DNA of 64,000 nucleotides. Source: an uncultured Chloroflexia bacterium. GTDB taxonomy: Bacteria; Chloroflexota; Dehalococcoidia; DSTF01; WHTK01. Positions 1 to 8,904 of the stretch are shown piece by piece. Position 1 is the stretch's first letter, and every line of letters begins with the position of its first letter. Under the pieces are notes generated by a model that searched no databases, was not told where the DNA came from, and worked only from the letters and a program-made list of their open reading frames with translations. A program made the translations under genes and the position numbers. Location: positions 161,341 through 225,340 of the forward strand of contig CAVYJE010000025.1 of the NCBI GenBank assembly GCA_963768705.1, read 5' to 3'.

Positions 1-102
1 CGGCACAAAGTAAGTCCTACTTCCCCGTCGGCCGATGGGTCGTGAAGCCGGAGGGCTGGTCGGAACCGCACCTGCTGATGGTCTGCTCTCTCCAGCGCTG
101 AC

Positions 103-1947
103 CTACGTCGAGAGCGCCTGAATCTCCGTTGTCGCCGCGAGGAGCTGGTTCGCGATGTTCAGTCCGACGCTCTTGTACACGGCCACCATGAGTAGCGGGT
201 CAGACTCCGCGACGGCTTCGATGTCTGACACGGCGAGCGTGAAATACTCGACGTCCGTGTCCGCCGTGTAGTCGGCTGCCTCCGGTCGCGTGTCGATCAC
301 CGCGAGGTGGCCGAACGCCATGCCCGCCGAGTGGGTGGCGATGCGGACGTGCTCCTGGTAGGGCAAGTCGATCGTGACGCTAACCTCGCCGCGGGTGAGG
401 AAGAACAGGGTCGTCGTCAGGTCGCCGGCCTCGATTAGGATATCGCGGGCCTGGGCGTTACCGGGCTTCGCTAGGCTGATCAGCCTCTCGACAGTGGCTG
501 CGTCCAGGCTGGAGAAGAACTCGTTCTCATGCAGCGGCACCTCTTCGTCCGGTAGAGCTGCCGGGTCGACGCGCGAGATCAGGCGGTCTTCGCACCACTC
601 GATCGCCCAGTCAAGGTTCTCGGCCAGGTAAATGCTCTCGTTCTTCTTGGCTAGCGTTTCGACCCGATCGCCGAGACCCGCGATGTGTTCAGCGTCCGCG
701 ATGGCGATCTTCTTGTCATTCGCAAGCAGCGTGTCGAGGAGCTCCTCGAACAGGGCGATTCCGCCCTGGTCCATACGTAGCGCCCGCTTGAAGTCGACCG
801 CGAAGAAGTCGGCTTCCGCCGCCTGCTCCACCATGTCGCGGGAGAAGGACTCGACGGAGGCGAAGTTCAGGTGGCCCTGAAGCTCGTAGACGCGCACATG
901 GTGGCCCTCCTCTTGGAGGATCTCGGTCTCTCGCGGTGTGCGGTGGCGCTTCGAGTGCACTTCGGCGACGTTGTAGCGGGAGCGGATGGAAGCGCGCGAG
1001 ACGTTGGGCGCGTTGTGGATGTGGAGCTTGTAGATCTTCGAGAGGTCGTCGCAAACGTGGACGCCCCGGACGCTGTTGCCGCGCTCGTCCAGGCGCGGCG
1101 AATAGACACCGATGCCGAGCTGGCCCGCCAAGCAGGACAGCAGCCCGCCCGCAACGCCGCTCTTGGCGGGCATGCCGACGCGGTAGATCCACTCGCCGGC
1201 GTAGTTATACATACCGCAGGAGCCCATGATGCTCAGCACGCTATCGACGTAGTCAGCGCGAATGGCGCGCTCGCCCGTGATCGGGTTGATGCCGCGGTTC
1301 GCGAGGGTGGCGCCCATGACCGCCAGATCGCGACAGGTCACCGAGATCGAGCACTGGCGGAAGTAGCGGTCCAGGCCCTTCTCGGGGTCCTCCTTGATGA
1401 TGAGGAAGTTGCGTAGCATGTGGCTGATCGCGCGGTTGCGGTGGCCGGTGTCGCGCTCGGAGAGGTAGACGGACTCGTCGACCTCCAGCTTGCGGCCGGC
1501 GTAGCGCGAGAACATGTCCATGATCCGGTCCATGGCGGACACGTCGCCCTTGTCGGCGATCAGGGAGGTGGTCGCGATGGCGCCGGCGTTGATCATCGGG
1601 TTGGCCGGTCGCCCGGTACCGGGGTCGAGGCTGATGGCGTTGAAGGCGTCGCCGGTGGGTTCGACCCCGACGTGGTTGAGGATATGGTCGAAGCCGTGGT
1701 CCTCCAGGGCGAGGCCGTAGACGAAGGGCTTCGAGATCGACTGGATGGTGAAGGGTGTGTCGCAGTCACCCACCGTGTAGACGTGGCCGTCCAGGGTGAC
1801 GACGGCGATACCGAATTGCTCGGGATCGGCCCGGCTGAGCTCCGGGATATAAGTGGCGACAGATCCCTGCGTGAGGGGGGCGTATTGCTCGTGCAGCTGG
1901 TTCAAAAGGGTCTGCACGGGAGGGCTGATCGTCGACTCGTTCGACAT
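103..1947 (-). CDS. glsA: Glutaminase A fused to C-terminal STAS-like and cyclic-nucleotide-binding (CAP_ED-like) domains
   Basis: Intact 614-aa ORF. The N-terminal ~310 aa carry glutaminase-family segments (QSISKPFVYG, MINAGAI, PAKSGVAGG). The middle region (YELQGHLNFASVESF...KKIAIADAEH) resembles a STAS domain. The C-terminal ~120 aa (LFFLTRGEVSV...GMAFGHLAVID) resembles a cNMP-binding beta-barrel. Confidence 0.85.
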   Translation of the reverse strand: MSNESTISPPVQTLLNQLHEQYAPLTQGSVATYIPELSRADPEQFGIAVVTLDGHVYTVGDCDTPFTIQSISKPFVYGLALEDHGFDHILNHVGVEPTGDAFNAISLDPGTGRPANPMINAGAIATTSLIADKGDVSAMDRIMDMFSRYAGRKLEVDESVYLSERDTGHRNRAISHMLRNFLIIKEDPEKGLDRYFRQCSISVTCRDLAVMGATLANRGINPITGERAIRADYVDSVLSIMGSCGMYNYAGEWIYRVGMPAKSGVAGGLLSCLAGQLGIGVYSPRLDERGNSVRGVHVCDDLSKIYKLHIHNAPNVSRASIRSRYNVAEVHSKRHRTPRETEILQEEGHHVRVYELQGHLNFASVESFSRDMVEQAAEADFFAVDFKRALRMDQGGIALFEELLDTLLANDKKIAIADAEHIAGLGDRVETLAKKNESIYLAENLDWAIEWCEDRLISRVDPAALPDEEVPLHENEFFSSLDAATVERLISLAKPGNAQARDILIEAGDLTTTLFFLTRGEVSVTIDLPYQEHVRIATHSAGMAFGHLAVIDTRPEAADYTADTDVEYFTLAVSDIEAVAESDPLLMVAVYKSVGLNIANQLLAATTEIQALST

Positions 1948-2204
1948 TGGTACTCCTGTAAGACGTTAAGTGACCGGACGAGCGGGGACTGCCCCAGTGT
2001 CCAGCTTTCGCCTCTTACGGAGTCAGGCCGGGTGTTGCGATGGTGTTAACTTCGGCGGAGCTAGCCCTGTGCGCCGGGCCGGCGCGGCCAACTGTCGATT
2101 TGGACTGAGACGAGGCGATCGGCGTTGGCGTACTGGGCCAGTGCAGAAGCTCCTCTCCCGGATCGACGTGCTCCGGCAGGCCGTCCAGAAGGATCGGCGG
2201 GCCG

Positions 2205-2242
2205 CTGGTGTAGTGCCCCAGCATGCTGGGGCACTACACCAG
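2205..2242. repeat. 38-bp perfect palindrome; copy 1 of the GTAGTGCC(C/G)CAGCATGCTG(G/C)GGCACTAC family
   Basis: CTGGTGTAGTGCCCCAGCATGCTGGGGCACTACACCAG equals its own reverse complement. It lies in the divergent glsA/leuB intergenic region. Confidence 0.95.
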
Positions 2243-2367
2243 TCAAGAAGCCTCGCGCGGAGTAGGGGAGTGTGTCACGCGACTCTGGGCGTGGCTGGAG
2301 CCTCCCCGCTGCTTCCTCTATGCTGCCCCTACGATCCCGAGATTTCAGGCGAAAGGTCTTGTTGCCC

Positions 2368-3468
2368 ATGAGTATCTTCCACATCGCTGTCCTGCCCGGC
2401 GACTACATTGGCCCCGAGGTGACGGGCGAGGCGCGTCGCGTGCTCGAGGCGGCCGGCAAGCGCTTCGGGCATGAGTTCCGGTTCACGGAAGCGCTGGCGG
2501 GCGGTGCGGCGTATGACGTGTTCGGGGAGCACCTGCCGGCGGTGACGCTGCAGCTGTGCGAGGAGTCGGACGCCATCCTCAAGGGCCCGTTCGGCGGACC
2601 TCGCGACGAGATCAACCACCCGAAGTGGCAGGGCGTAGAGCAGAACGCCATCCTCCCCCTGCGAAAGCACTTCGACCTCTACCTGAACCTGCGGCCCATC
2701 GTTGTCCCGGAAGCGCTGCTGGGCCTTTCGCCGATCAAAGAGGAGTTCGTCAAGGGCACCGACATGCTGATCCTGCGGGAGCTGGCCTCCGGCATCTACT
2801 TCGGCCCCCGCGGCGAGCGCCAGATCGAGGGCCCGCACGAGCGCACGATGTGGGAGAAGTGGGACACCGAGATTTACAACGAGTACGAGATCGAGCGCAT
2901 CGCTCGTGACGCCTTCCGGCTGGCAGAGCAGCGCCGCAAGAAGGTGACGCTGATCGCCAAGTCCAACGTGATGTCGACGGGCCTGTTCTGGCGCGAGGTC
3001 GTGGCGCCGATCGCCAAGGAGCACCCGGACGTCGAGATGAACTACTTGCACGTCGATGCCGCGGCGATGGAGATGATCGTCAACCCGCGCCAGTTCGATG
3101 TCGTAGTGACCTCGAACATCTTCGGCGACATCCTGTCGGACGAGGCGGCCGGTCTGCTGCGCTCGCTGGGCATGGGGCCGTCTGCCTCCCTGAACGAGAA
3201 GGGCTTCGGCCTCTACGAGCCGATCCACGGTTCGGCGCCCGACATCCAGGGCCAGGGCAAGGCGAACCCGCTGGCGACGATCCTCAGCGCTGCGATGATG
3301 CTGCGCCTGAGCTTCGACCTGCCGGACGCGGCCGACGCCGTCGAGCGCGCGGTCGACAAGGTGCTGGCGGAGGGCGCGCGCACGGGCGACATCGCCGGCC
3401 CCGGCGAGCCCCTGGTGTCGACGCAGGAGATGGGCAGCCGCGTCGCGGAGGCCGTTGCCAGCGCGTAG
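2368..3468 (+). CDS. leuB: 3-isopropylmalate dehydrogenase
   Basis: ATG at 2368 (MSIFHIAVLPGDYIGPEV...), 366 aa. It carries the isocitrate/isopropylmalate dehydrogenase signature NIFGDILSDEAA. The track ORF starts at 2272, but the family N-terminus favours 2368. Confidence 0.9.
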   Translation: MSIFHIAVLPGDYIGPEVTGEARRVLEAAGKRFGHEFRFTEALAGGAAYDVFGEHLPAVTLQLCEESDAILKGPFGGPRDEINHPKWQGVEQNAILPLRKHFDLYLNLRPIVVPEALLGLSPIKEEFVKGTDMLILRELASGIYFGPRGERQIEGPHERTMWEKWDTEIYNEYEIERIARDAFRLAEQRRKKVTLIAKSNVMSTGLFWREVVAPIAKEHPDVEMNYLHVDAAAMEMIVNPRQFDVVVTSNIFGDILSDEAAGLLRSLGMGPSASLNEKGFGLYEPIHGSAPDIQGQGKANPLATILSAAMMLRLSFDLPDAADAVERAVDKVLAEGARTGDIAGPGEPLVSTQEMGSRVAEAVASA

Positions 3469-3503
3469 AGCTTCATCCGTTGGCCTAGACCGGCTCAAGC
3501 CAA

Positions 3504-3539
3504 CGATGTAGTGCCCCAGCATGCTGGGGCACTACATCG
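3504..3539. repeat. 36-bp perfect palindrome; copy 2 of the GTAGTGCC..GGCACTAC family
   Basis: CGATGTAGTGCCCCAGCATGCTGGGGCACTACATCG lies 36 nt after the leuB stop and 22 nt before the next start codon. Confidence 0.95.
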
Positions 3540-3560
3540 GCCGTCCGTTAGGATCCCAGC

Positions 3561-4148
3561 ATGAACCCGGAAGACTGCGTCTACTTCCAGTCGCGGGCGG
3601 CGTTTCGAGCCTGGCTCGAGGCTAACCACGACACGGCCACGTCATTGCAGCTCGGCATCTACAAGCGCGGCTCCGGGCAGGACAGCGTCATGTACGTGGA
3701 GGCGGTAGAGGAGGCACTGTGCTTCGGCTGGATCGACGGCGTGCGCCACGCGATCGATGGTCTGAGCTTCACGCAGCGGTTCACGCCTCGCCGGCCGGGG
3801 TCGAAATGGAGCGCCGTGAACATCCGGCGTGTCGAGTCGCTGATCGCGCAGGGCCTCATGCACGAGTCGGGGCTGCGCGTGTTCAACGAGCGGGACATGG
3901 CGAAAGCAGGCTACTCGCACGAAGAACGGCCTCAGGAGCTGCCGGCGCCGTATCTCGCGCGCCTGCAGGCGAATGAGACAGCGTGGCGTTTCTTCAGCGG
4001 CCAGGCGCCGTGGTACCAGCGCAACGCCTCGTTCTGGGTCATGGACGCCAGGCGGGAGGAGACGCGGGAACGCCGTCTCGAGACCCTGATCGCCGACTCG
4101 GAGGCGGGCCGGCGCATCAAGCCGCTGACACGTCCCGGCGAGCGCTGA
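3561..4148 (+). CDS. YdeI/OmpD-associated family protein
   Basis: 195-aa ORF. The segments FRAWLEANH, LGIYKRGSG, EALCFGWIDGV, FTPRRPGSKWS and NIRRVESL are typical of the YdeI family. Confidence 0.7.
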   Translation: MNPEDCVYFQSRAAFRAWLEANHDTATSLQLGIYKRGSGQDSVMYVEAVEEALCFGWIDGVRHAIDGLSFTQRFTPRRPGSKWSAVNIRRVESLIAQGLMHESGLRVFNERDMAKAGYSHEERPQELPAPYLARLQANETAWRFFSGQAPWYQRNASFWVMDARREETRERRLETLIADSEAGRRIKPLTRPGER

Positions 4149-4224
4149 AGGCCATCGAGGGAACCAAACACCATCGGGTAACGTCTTGGGCTCTGTAGGT
4201 TCGGAAACGAAACGGAGGGCACAG

Positions 4225-5263
4225 ATGGCGAACAGGAAGCTTCTACGAAACCTCGGCCTCGCGGCGGTCGCGCTGTTTGCGATTGGCGCTGTGGGCTATG
4301 CGGCGAACAACGGCGGCAGCGGCAGTGACGAGAGCGACTACCCGCTGAGCGCCGGCAGCATCGGTATCGCCGCGACGCCGGCTGGCGGCGACGGTGCTGC
4401 CTACGGCGGAGTGACGCGGGGCGTCGCCAACACGACGAAGGCGGAGAGCCCGTCCTTCGACGATGCCGGTACGCACGAAGAAGCGGCGCCGCTGGGCGAG
4501 ACCAGCGCGTCCTCGGCTGGCGCGCCGGGTGCCGGCCCGGTCTCGGAGGACGGCAACGCCCTGGCCTCGACCGTGGACCGCAAGATCGTCTCGACCGCCT
4601 CGATCGACATGCAGGTCGATGACGTGGGTGGCAGCTTCGAGGACGTGGGGCGCATCGCGACGTCCGTGGGCGGCTTCGTCGCCAGCTCCAGCTTCTCGTA
4701 CCAGGGCGAGCGCCAGCTGGCTTCCGTGACGATCACGGGTGCCTTCCGAGAGCTATCAGAGCGTGCTCGGCAGCCTGCGCAAGCTGGGCGTCAAGGTGGA
4801 CGCGGAGAGCTCCGACGCCAACGACGTGACGGAGGAGTACACGGACCTCGGCTCTCGCCTCCGCACGCTGGAGGCCACCGAGTCGCAGCTCCTGACCTTG
4901 CTCGGCAAGGCCAACACGATTTCGGACATCCTCACGGTGCAGGACCGCCTCAACTACACCCGTAGCGATATCGAGCAGGTGAAGGGACGCCAGCAGCTCC
5001 TCGACAACCTGACCTCGCTCGCCACGATCACGGTGCACCTGCAGCCCGTCGTGGACGCTGCCGCCATCGACGAGCCCGGCGACGGCGTCGACCTCGGTCA
5101 TGAGGTCTCGCAGGCGTGGGACAACAGCATCGAGTTCCTGGGCGAGGTTGCAGCCGGCGTCCTCACCGTCGTCGTGTTCGCGTGGTGGGTGCCGCTGGTG
5201 GGCCTGCCTCTGCTCGTGGGCTACAAGGCCGTCACGCGCCATCGCCCCCAGCCCGTCGACTAA
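4225..5263 (+). pseudogene. DUF4349-domain membrane protein, one apparent frameshift near 4735-4742
   Basis: ATG at 4225 follows GGAGGG. The N-terminal part with a TM anchor is in the frame of ORF 4186-4965. The remainder (RVPSESYQSVLGSLRKLG...coiled coil...C-terminal TM) is in ORF 4739-5263. Together they rebuild a typical DUF4349 layout. Confidence 0.65.
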
Positions 5264-5285
5264 CGACGCACGCGGTAAGAAACGA

Positions 5286-5313
5286 GGGCGCATCGGTGAG
5301 AGCCGGTGCGCCC
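5286..5313. terminator. Hairpin between convergent genes, followed by a T-rich tract
   Basis: GGGCGCATCGG / CCGGTGCGCCC form a 10/11-bp stem, followed by TTAGCGTTTTC. Confidence 0.5.
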
Positions 5314-5336
5314 TTAGCGTTTTCAGGGCAAAGGGC

Positions 5337-5915
5337 TTAGTTGTCGTCTTCGGTACGAGGAGCACGATCATCAGGGCTACGTCGCTCGTGGCCCACGATG
5401 CCACCCGGACCAATAGGCCGGAGATTGTCGTGGAGGCTGACTTCCAGGCCGCTTTCCGGTTGCCAAGGTGACCGCCTTTGCGCTTTCTGTATGGGTATCC
5501 GGTTGCGGAGCAGGCCGAGAACGATGATGCCGGCGGCGCAGGCAAAGATGAACAGCCCGACGGGAAGCGACCTGCCCAGGCCGAAGCGGCCCACCGTCGC
5601 CCCGGCGATCGCCAGAACCATGTAAGCCGCGACCACCAAACAGGCTCCCAGAAAGAGGGCTGTTAGCAGGGAGGGTAGGGCGTCGCGGACGTTGTCGGCG
5701 AGCCTACGACTCGAGCGGTCGATCCAGATGTGATTGCACTCCGGGCAGCGCATCTGCCAGCGACGAGTGGTGGCGTAGATGACTTCGCAACCGGGGCAGC
5801 GCACTTCCCGGGTGGCGGCCGGCTTGCCGAGGCGCTCGCGGACCGGATCGGTCTGCAGAGGGGCGCTGGATCGTCGTGCGGTGGTTTCGGGCTTGGGCAG
5901 GGACATCGTCGCCAT
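5337..5915 (-). CDS. Zinc-ribbon membrane protein, unknown function (tandem paralog 1)
   Basis: Two CxxC pairs (CPGCEV...CPECNH) are followed by two predicted TM helices and a charged tail. Start ATG is 5915, or 5906 if the mRNA is leaderless. The track start at 5942 is the TTG of a TTGACA box. Confidence 0.6.
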   Translation of the reverse strand: MATMSLPKPETTARRSSAPLQTDPVRERLGKPAATREVRCPGCEVIYATTRRWQMRCPECNHIWIDRSSRRLADNVRDALPSLLTALFLGACLVVAAYMVLAIAGATVGRFGLGRSLPVGLFIFACAAGIIVLGLLRNRIPIQKAQRRSPWQPESGLEVSLHDNLRPIGPGGIVGHERRSPDDRAPRTEDDN

Positions 5916-5942
5916 CTTGTCGCATGCGATAAGGCCTGTCAA
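5914..5942 (-). promoter_or_regulatory. Putative promoter TTGACA-N17-CAAGAT, conserved in both zinc-ribbon paralogs
   Basis: Minus-sense TTGACAGGCCTTATCGCATGCGACAAGATGG. The same arrangement recurs at 6410-6438. The -10 box is weak. The geometry would give a near-leaderless transcript starting at the second ATG. Confidence 0.4.
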
Positions 5943-5982
5943 ATGCCAAGGATGCTGAGGGCCGGGCTGCGTTCGAGGCTGG

Positions 5983-6411
5983 CTATGAGCGGCGTAGTCC
6001 GACGGCCACCAAGGCTACGAGGCAGGCGACGAAGAACGCGGCGAGGCCGTAGGTAAGGTCCCAGCCGCGCTGGCCGGCCACCTCGTTGAACAACGACGCG
6101 ACGCCCATAAGGAACCCTCCGATGACAATGACGAAGGCGCCTACAACGAGGACGGTGCCGAAGACCTGCGTGCGAGCATCGAGCAGCTTGTCGATGACCG
6201 TGCGGCTGGAGCGATCGATCCAGATGTGATTGCACTCAGGGCAGCGCATCTGCCAGCGACGGCTGGTCGTGTGTGTGACACCGCAGTTAGGGCAGCGCAC
6301 GTCTCGAGCGACGGCGGGCCGGCCCAGGCGGTCGCGGATCGGGTCGGTCTGGACGGGTGCGTCGGAGCGCCGTTCGGGTACCGAAGGCCTGCGAGAGAAC
6401 ATCTCAGCCAT
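5983..6411 (-). CDS. Zinc-ribbon membrane protein, unknown function (tandem paralog 2)
   Basis: The N-terminal ~75 aa are nearly collinear with paralog 1 (DPIRDRLGRPAVARDVRCPNCGV..RRWQMRCPECNHIWIDRSSR), followed by two TM helices. It lacks the C-terminal tail of paralog 1. Confidence 0.6.
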   Translation of the reverse strand: MAEMFSRRPSVPERRSDAPVQTDPIRDRLGRPAVARDVRCPNCGVTHTTSRRWQMRCPECNHIWIDRSSRTVIDKLLDARTQVFGTVLVVGAFVIVIGGFLMGVASLFNEVAGQRGWDLTYGLAAFFVACLVALVAVGLRRS

Positions 6412-6438
6412 CTTGTCGCTTGCGATAGGGCCTGTCAA
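6410..6438 (-). promoter_or_regulatory. Putative promoter TTGACA-N17-CAAGAT (second copy)
   Basis: Minus-sense TTGACAGGCCCTATCGCAAGCGACAAGATGG, duplicated together with the coding region. Confidence 0.4.
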
Positions 6439-6513
6439 ACGCCAGGACGTGAAAAGGCCCGTCCTTCCGGGTGGATGAAGGACGGGCCTCGAGAACGGTG
6501 GAAACGCGGTCGC

Positions 6514-7995
6514 CTATCCGGCGGCAGTCTCCTCCGGAATCGCCATCGGCGCGCCCTCGCTGTGGGTCACCTCGATGCTGCGACCCATGGCGGCGAGGGC
6601 TTTCTTGTCGTCCATGAGCAGGGCGACCAGCATGCCCGGGATGGTCAGGACCGCACCGATGATGAAGGTGTCCTGGAAGGCCGTTAGGGCTGCGTCTCGT
6701 GGTCGCTGGATCGGCGAGAAAGGCGTCGTGAGCCGCCAACCGGCTCGTGAGGATCGTGGCCAGGACGGCGATGCCGAGACTGCCCGCGACCTGCCGGCTG
6801 ACGTTGAAGATGGAGCTGGCGCGGCCGGTAGCCTCGGGGCTGATCGTGGCGAAGGACGCGGCCTGCAGCGGGATGATCATGAGGCCGAAGGAGAGGCCGC
6901 GCACGAACATGTTCGCCGCGATCCACAGGTCCGGGGTGCCGTAGTTGACCAGCGCCAGGGTGCCCGTCATGAGCAGGTTGCCCGCGAAGCCGGCGACCAT
7001 CATCCGGCGCGGCCCGATCTTCGGGTAGAGCTTCGAGGCCGGCTGGGCCATGATGGCGACGCCGAGCGCCATCGGGAAGGTCAGCAGACCAACGTCAAAG
7101 GCGCTGATGCCCTTCTGCGTCTGCAGGAAGATCGGCAGGACGAAGAACACGCCCATGATGCTCGCCGTGCCGATGAGCATGACGAAGTTCGCGGCGCCGA
7201 ACAGCTTGTCGCGCAGCAGCCGCACGTCGAGCATGGGCTGGGGCGTGCGCAGCTCCACCATCGTGAACGCCGTCAGAGCCGCGATGCCGGTGAGGCCGAA
7301 GCCGAGCACGCGCGGGCTGTCGAAGCCGTGCTGGCCGGCCTGCGCCAGGGCGTAGATCACCGAGACGATGCCGTAGCCGGAGAGCAGGAACCCGGGCAGA
7401 TCGAGTCTGCCGGGAGCTGCCTGGACCTCCTCACGCAGGTAGGCGGCAGCGCCGGCGAGGGTGAGCAGGCCGCACCGGGATGTTGAGGAAGAAGATCCAG
7501 CGCCAGTCCTGGTAGTCGACCAGGTAGCCGCCGAGGATGGGGCCGAGCGCGGGTGCGACCGTAATCGGCACCGTGAGGATGGCCGATGCGGCGGCGCGCT
7601 CGGACGGCGGGAAGGCGCGGAACAGCATGGTCATGCCGACGGGCGTGAGCATGCCGCCGCCGATGCCCTGGAACACTCGGAAGGCGATTAGCGACTCGAC
7701 GTTCCAGGCGAGGCCGCAGAGCAGCGAACCGGTGACGAAGAAAGTCAGCGCCGTCATGAAGATGCGCTTCGTACCGAACCGGTCGCCCAGCCAGCCCGAG
7801 ATCGGGATGAACAGCGCGAGGCTGAGCAGGTAGCCGGTGACGACCCATTCGATCGTCGTGGTGCTGGCAGAGAATTCGCGGGCGAGGGTCGGAATCGCCA
7901 CGTTGATCACGGTCATGTCCAGGAGGTCCATGAACAAGGCCATGATGTAGACGATGCCGACCAACCATTTGTACTCGAGCTTGAGAGGATTCACG
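6514..7995 (-). pseudogene. MFS transporter, DHA2 (EmrB/QacA-like) family, two apparent frameshifts (~7476 and ~6705)
   Basis: GTG at 7995 has GGAG 8 nt upstream. The N-terminal 6 TM segments are in ORF 7431-8036 (LGDRFGTKR, FRVFQGIGGG). The middle is in ORF 6404-7360. The C-terminus (..AFQDTFIIGAVLTIPGMLVALLMDD..EETAAG*) is in a third frame ending at 6514. An extra C in GTGCGGCC explains the first shift. Confidence 0.75.
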
Positions 7996-8093
7996 GGAAG
8001 GCTCCGTTCTAGGGACAATGCGGCTCGGCCCGTCAAGGCGACGGCTTCTACGGAACCGCGTTCTCGGTGTGTGACTAGAAGTTAACTGACAGC

Positions 8094-8115
8094 TCCTGAC
8101 ACCCGTATGTCAGGA
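8094..8115. promoter_or_regulatory. Palindromic operator candidate TCCTGACA-N6-TGTCAGGA
   Basis: Perfect 8-bp arms in the divergent MFS/MarR intergenic region. Confidence 0.55.
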
Positions 8116-8134
8116 AGTCAGAAGTAGTTGGAAG

Positions 8135-8160
8135 ACTCCTGACAGCAGTACGTCAGGAGT
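8135..8160. promoter_or_regulatory. Palindromic operator candidate ACTCCTGAC-N8-GTCAGGAGT
   Basis: Perfect 9-bp arms sharing the CCTGAC half-site with the 8094-8115 site. Confidence 0.55.
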
Positions 8161-8277
8161 GACGGCAGCCGGGGAATGCATTCATTGTGGTAACCAGTCC
8201 TGTGATAGAATTCGCTTAGAGGCTAGTTTTCTGACTTGGTCATTAACTTAGTTACTAAGATAATGAGACGATAAGAG

Positions 8278-8895
8278 GTGCCTGGAGCTGTGTCAAGCGA
8301 CTTTCTGTCAAAGTTTGATTCCAAGGACCCAATACGAGCGCTGTACCTGGCCTATCAGCCAGGCGAGGGCGCTTCGGCGTCCGGCGAGTCGGCTGAGCCG
8401 GTCGAATCGCTGGACCACGACGAGCTCGTCACGGCGCTCGATCAGGAGATGCGGGCACAGAGTGCCTGGACGTTGTTCTTCCACGCCTCCGTCGCGGAAC
8501 GCCTGAACCTCAACCCCACGGACCACAAGTGCCTCGACATGGTCTGGCGCTGCCACGAGACGACACCGGGGGAGTACATGACGCCTGGGCAGCTGGCGCG
8601 CGAGACCAAGCTGACAACCGGCGCAGTCACCGGCGTCCTCGACCGCCTGGAGCACGCGGGCTACGTCAGCCGCGAGCACGACCCGGAGGATCGCCGTCGC
8701 ATCATCGTGCGGGCGGTGCCGGAGCGCATCAAGGCGGACGTGTGGCCGCTGTTCAACTGGATCTCCGCCGAGTTCGCGAAGCTGTGCAGCGAGTACTCGG
8801 CCGAGGACCTGCGCAAGATGATCGAGTTCTCGCGCCGCTCTCAGGCGATGCTGCAGCGCGCGACTGAGCAACTGCAGGAGCTGGATCCGGACTAG
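8278..8895 (+). CDS. MarR-family transcriptional regulator
   Basis: 205-aa ORF with a GTG start after AAGAGG. The winged-HTH core reads LNLNPTDHKCLDMV...MTPGQLARETKLTTGAVTGVLDRLEHAGYVSREHDPEDRRR. It is divergent from an MFS efflux gene. Confidence 0.8.
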   Translation: MPGAVSSDFLSKFDSKDPIRALYLAYQPGEGASASGESAEPVESLDHDELVTALDQEMRAQSAWTLFFHASVAERLNLNPTDHKCLDMVWRCHETTPGEYMTPGQLARETKLTTGAVTGVLDRLEHAGYVSREHDPEDRRRIIVRAVPERIKADVWPLFNWISAEFAKLCSEYSAEDLRKMIEFSRRSQAMLQRATEQLQELDPD

Positions 8896-8904
8896 GACCT
8901 GGCG

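Noticed and set aside
2329-3522. Long antisense or alternative-frame ORFs, including 2329-3522(-), 10844-12064(+), 27422-28975(-), 31708-32718(+), 44097-45452(+), 47697-48365(+) and 54415-55149(+)
   Set aside because: These are typical high-G+C shadow ORFs. They have Arg/Ala/Gly/Pro-rich low-complexity translations, sit opposite or out of frame with genes that carry clear family motifs, and have no RBS.
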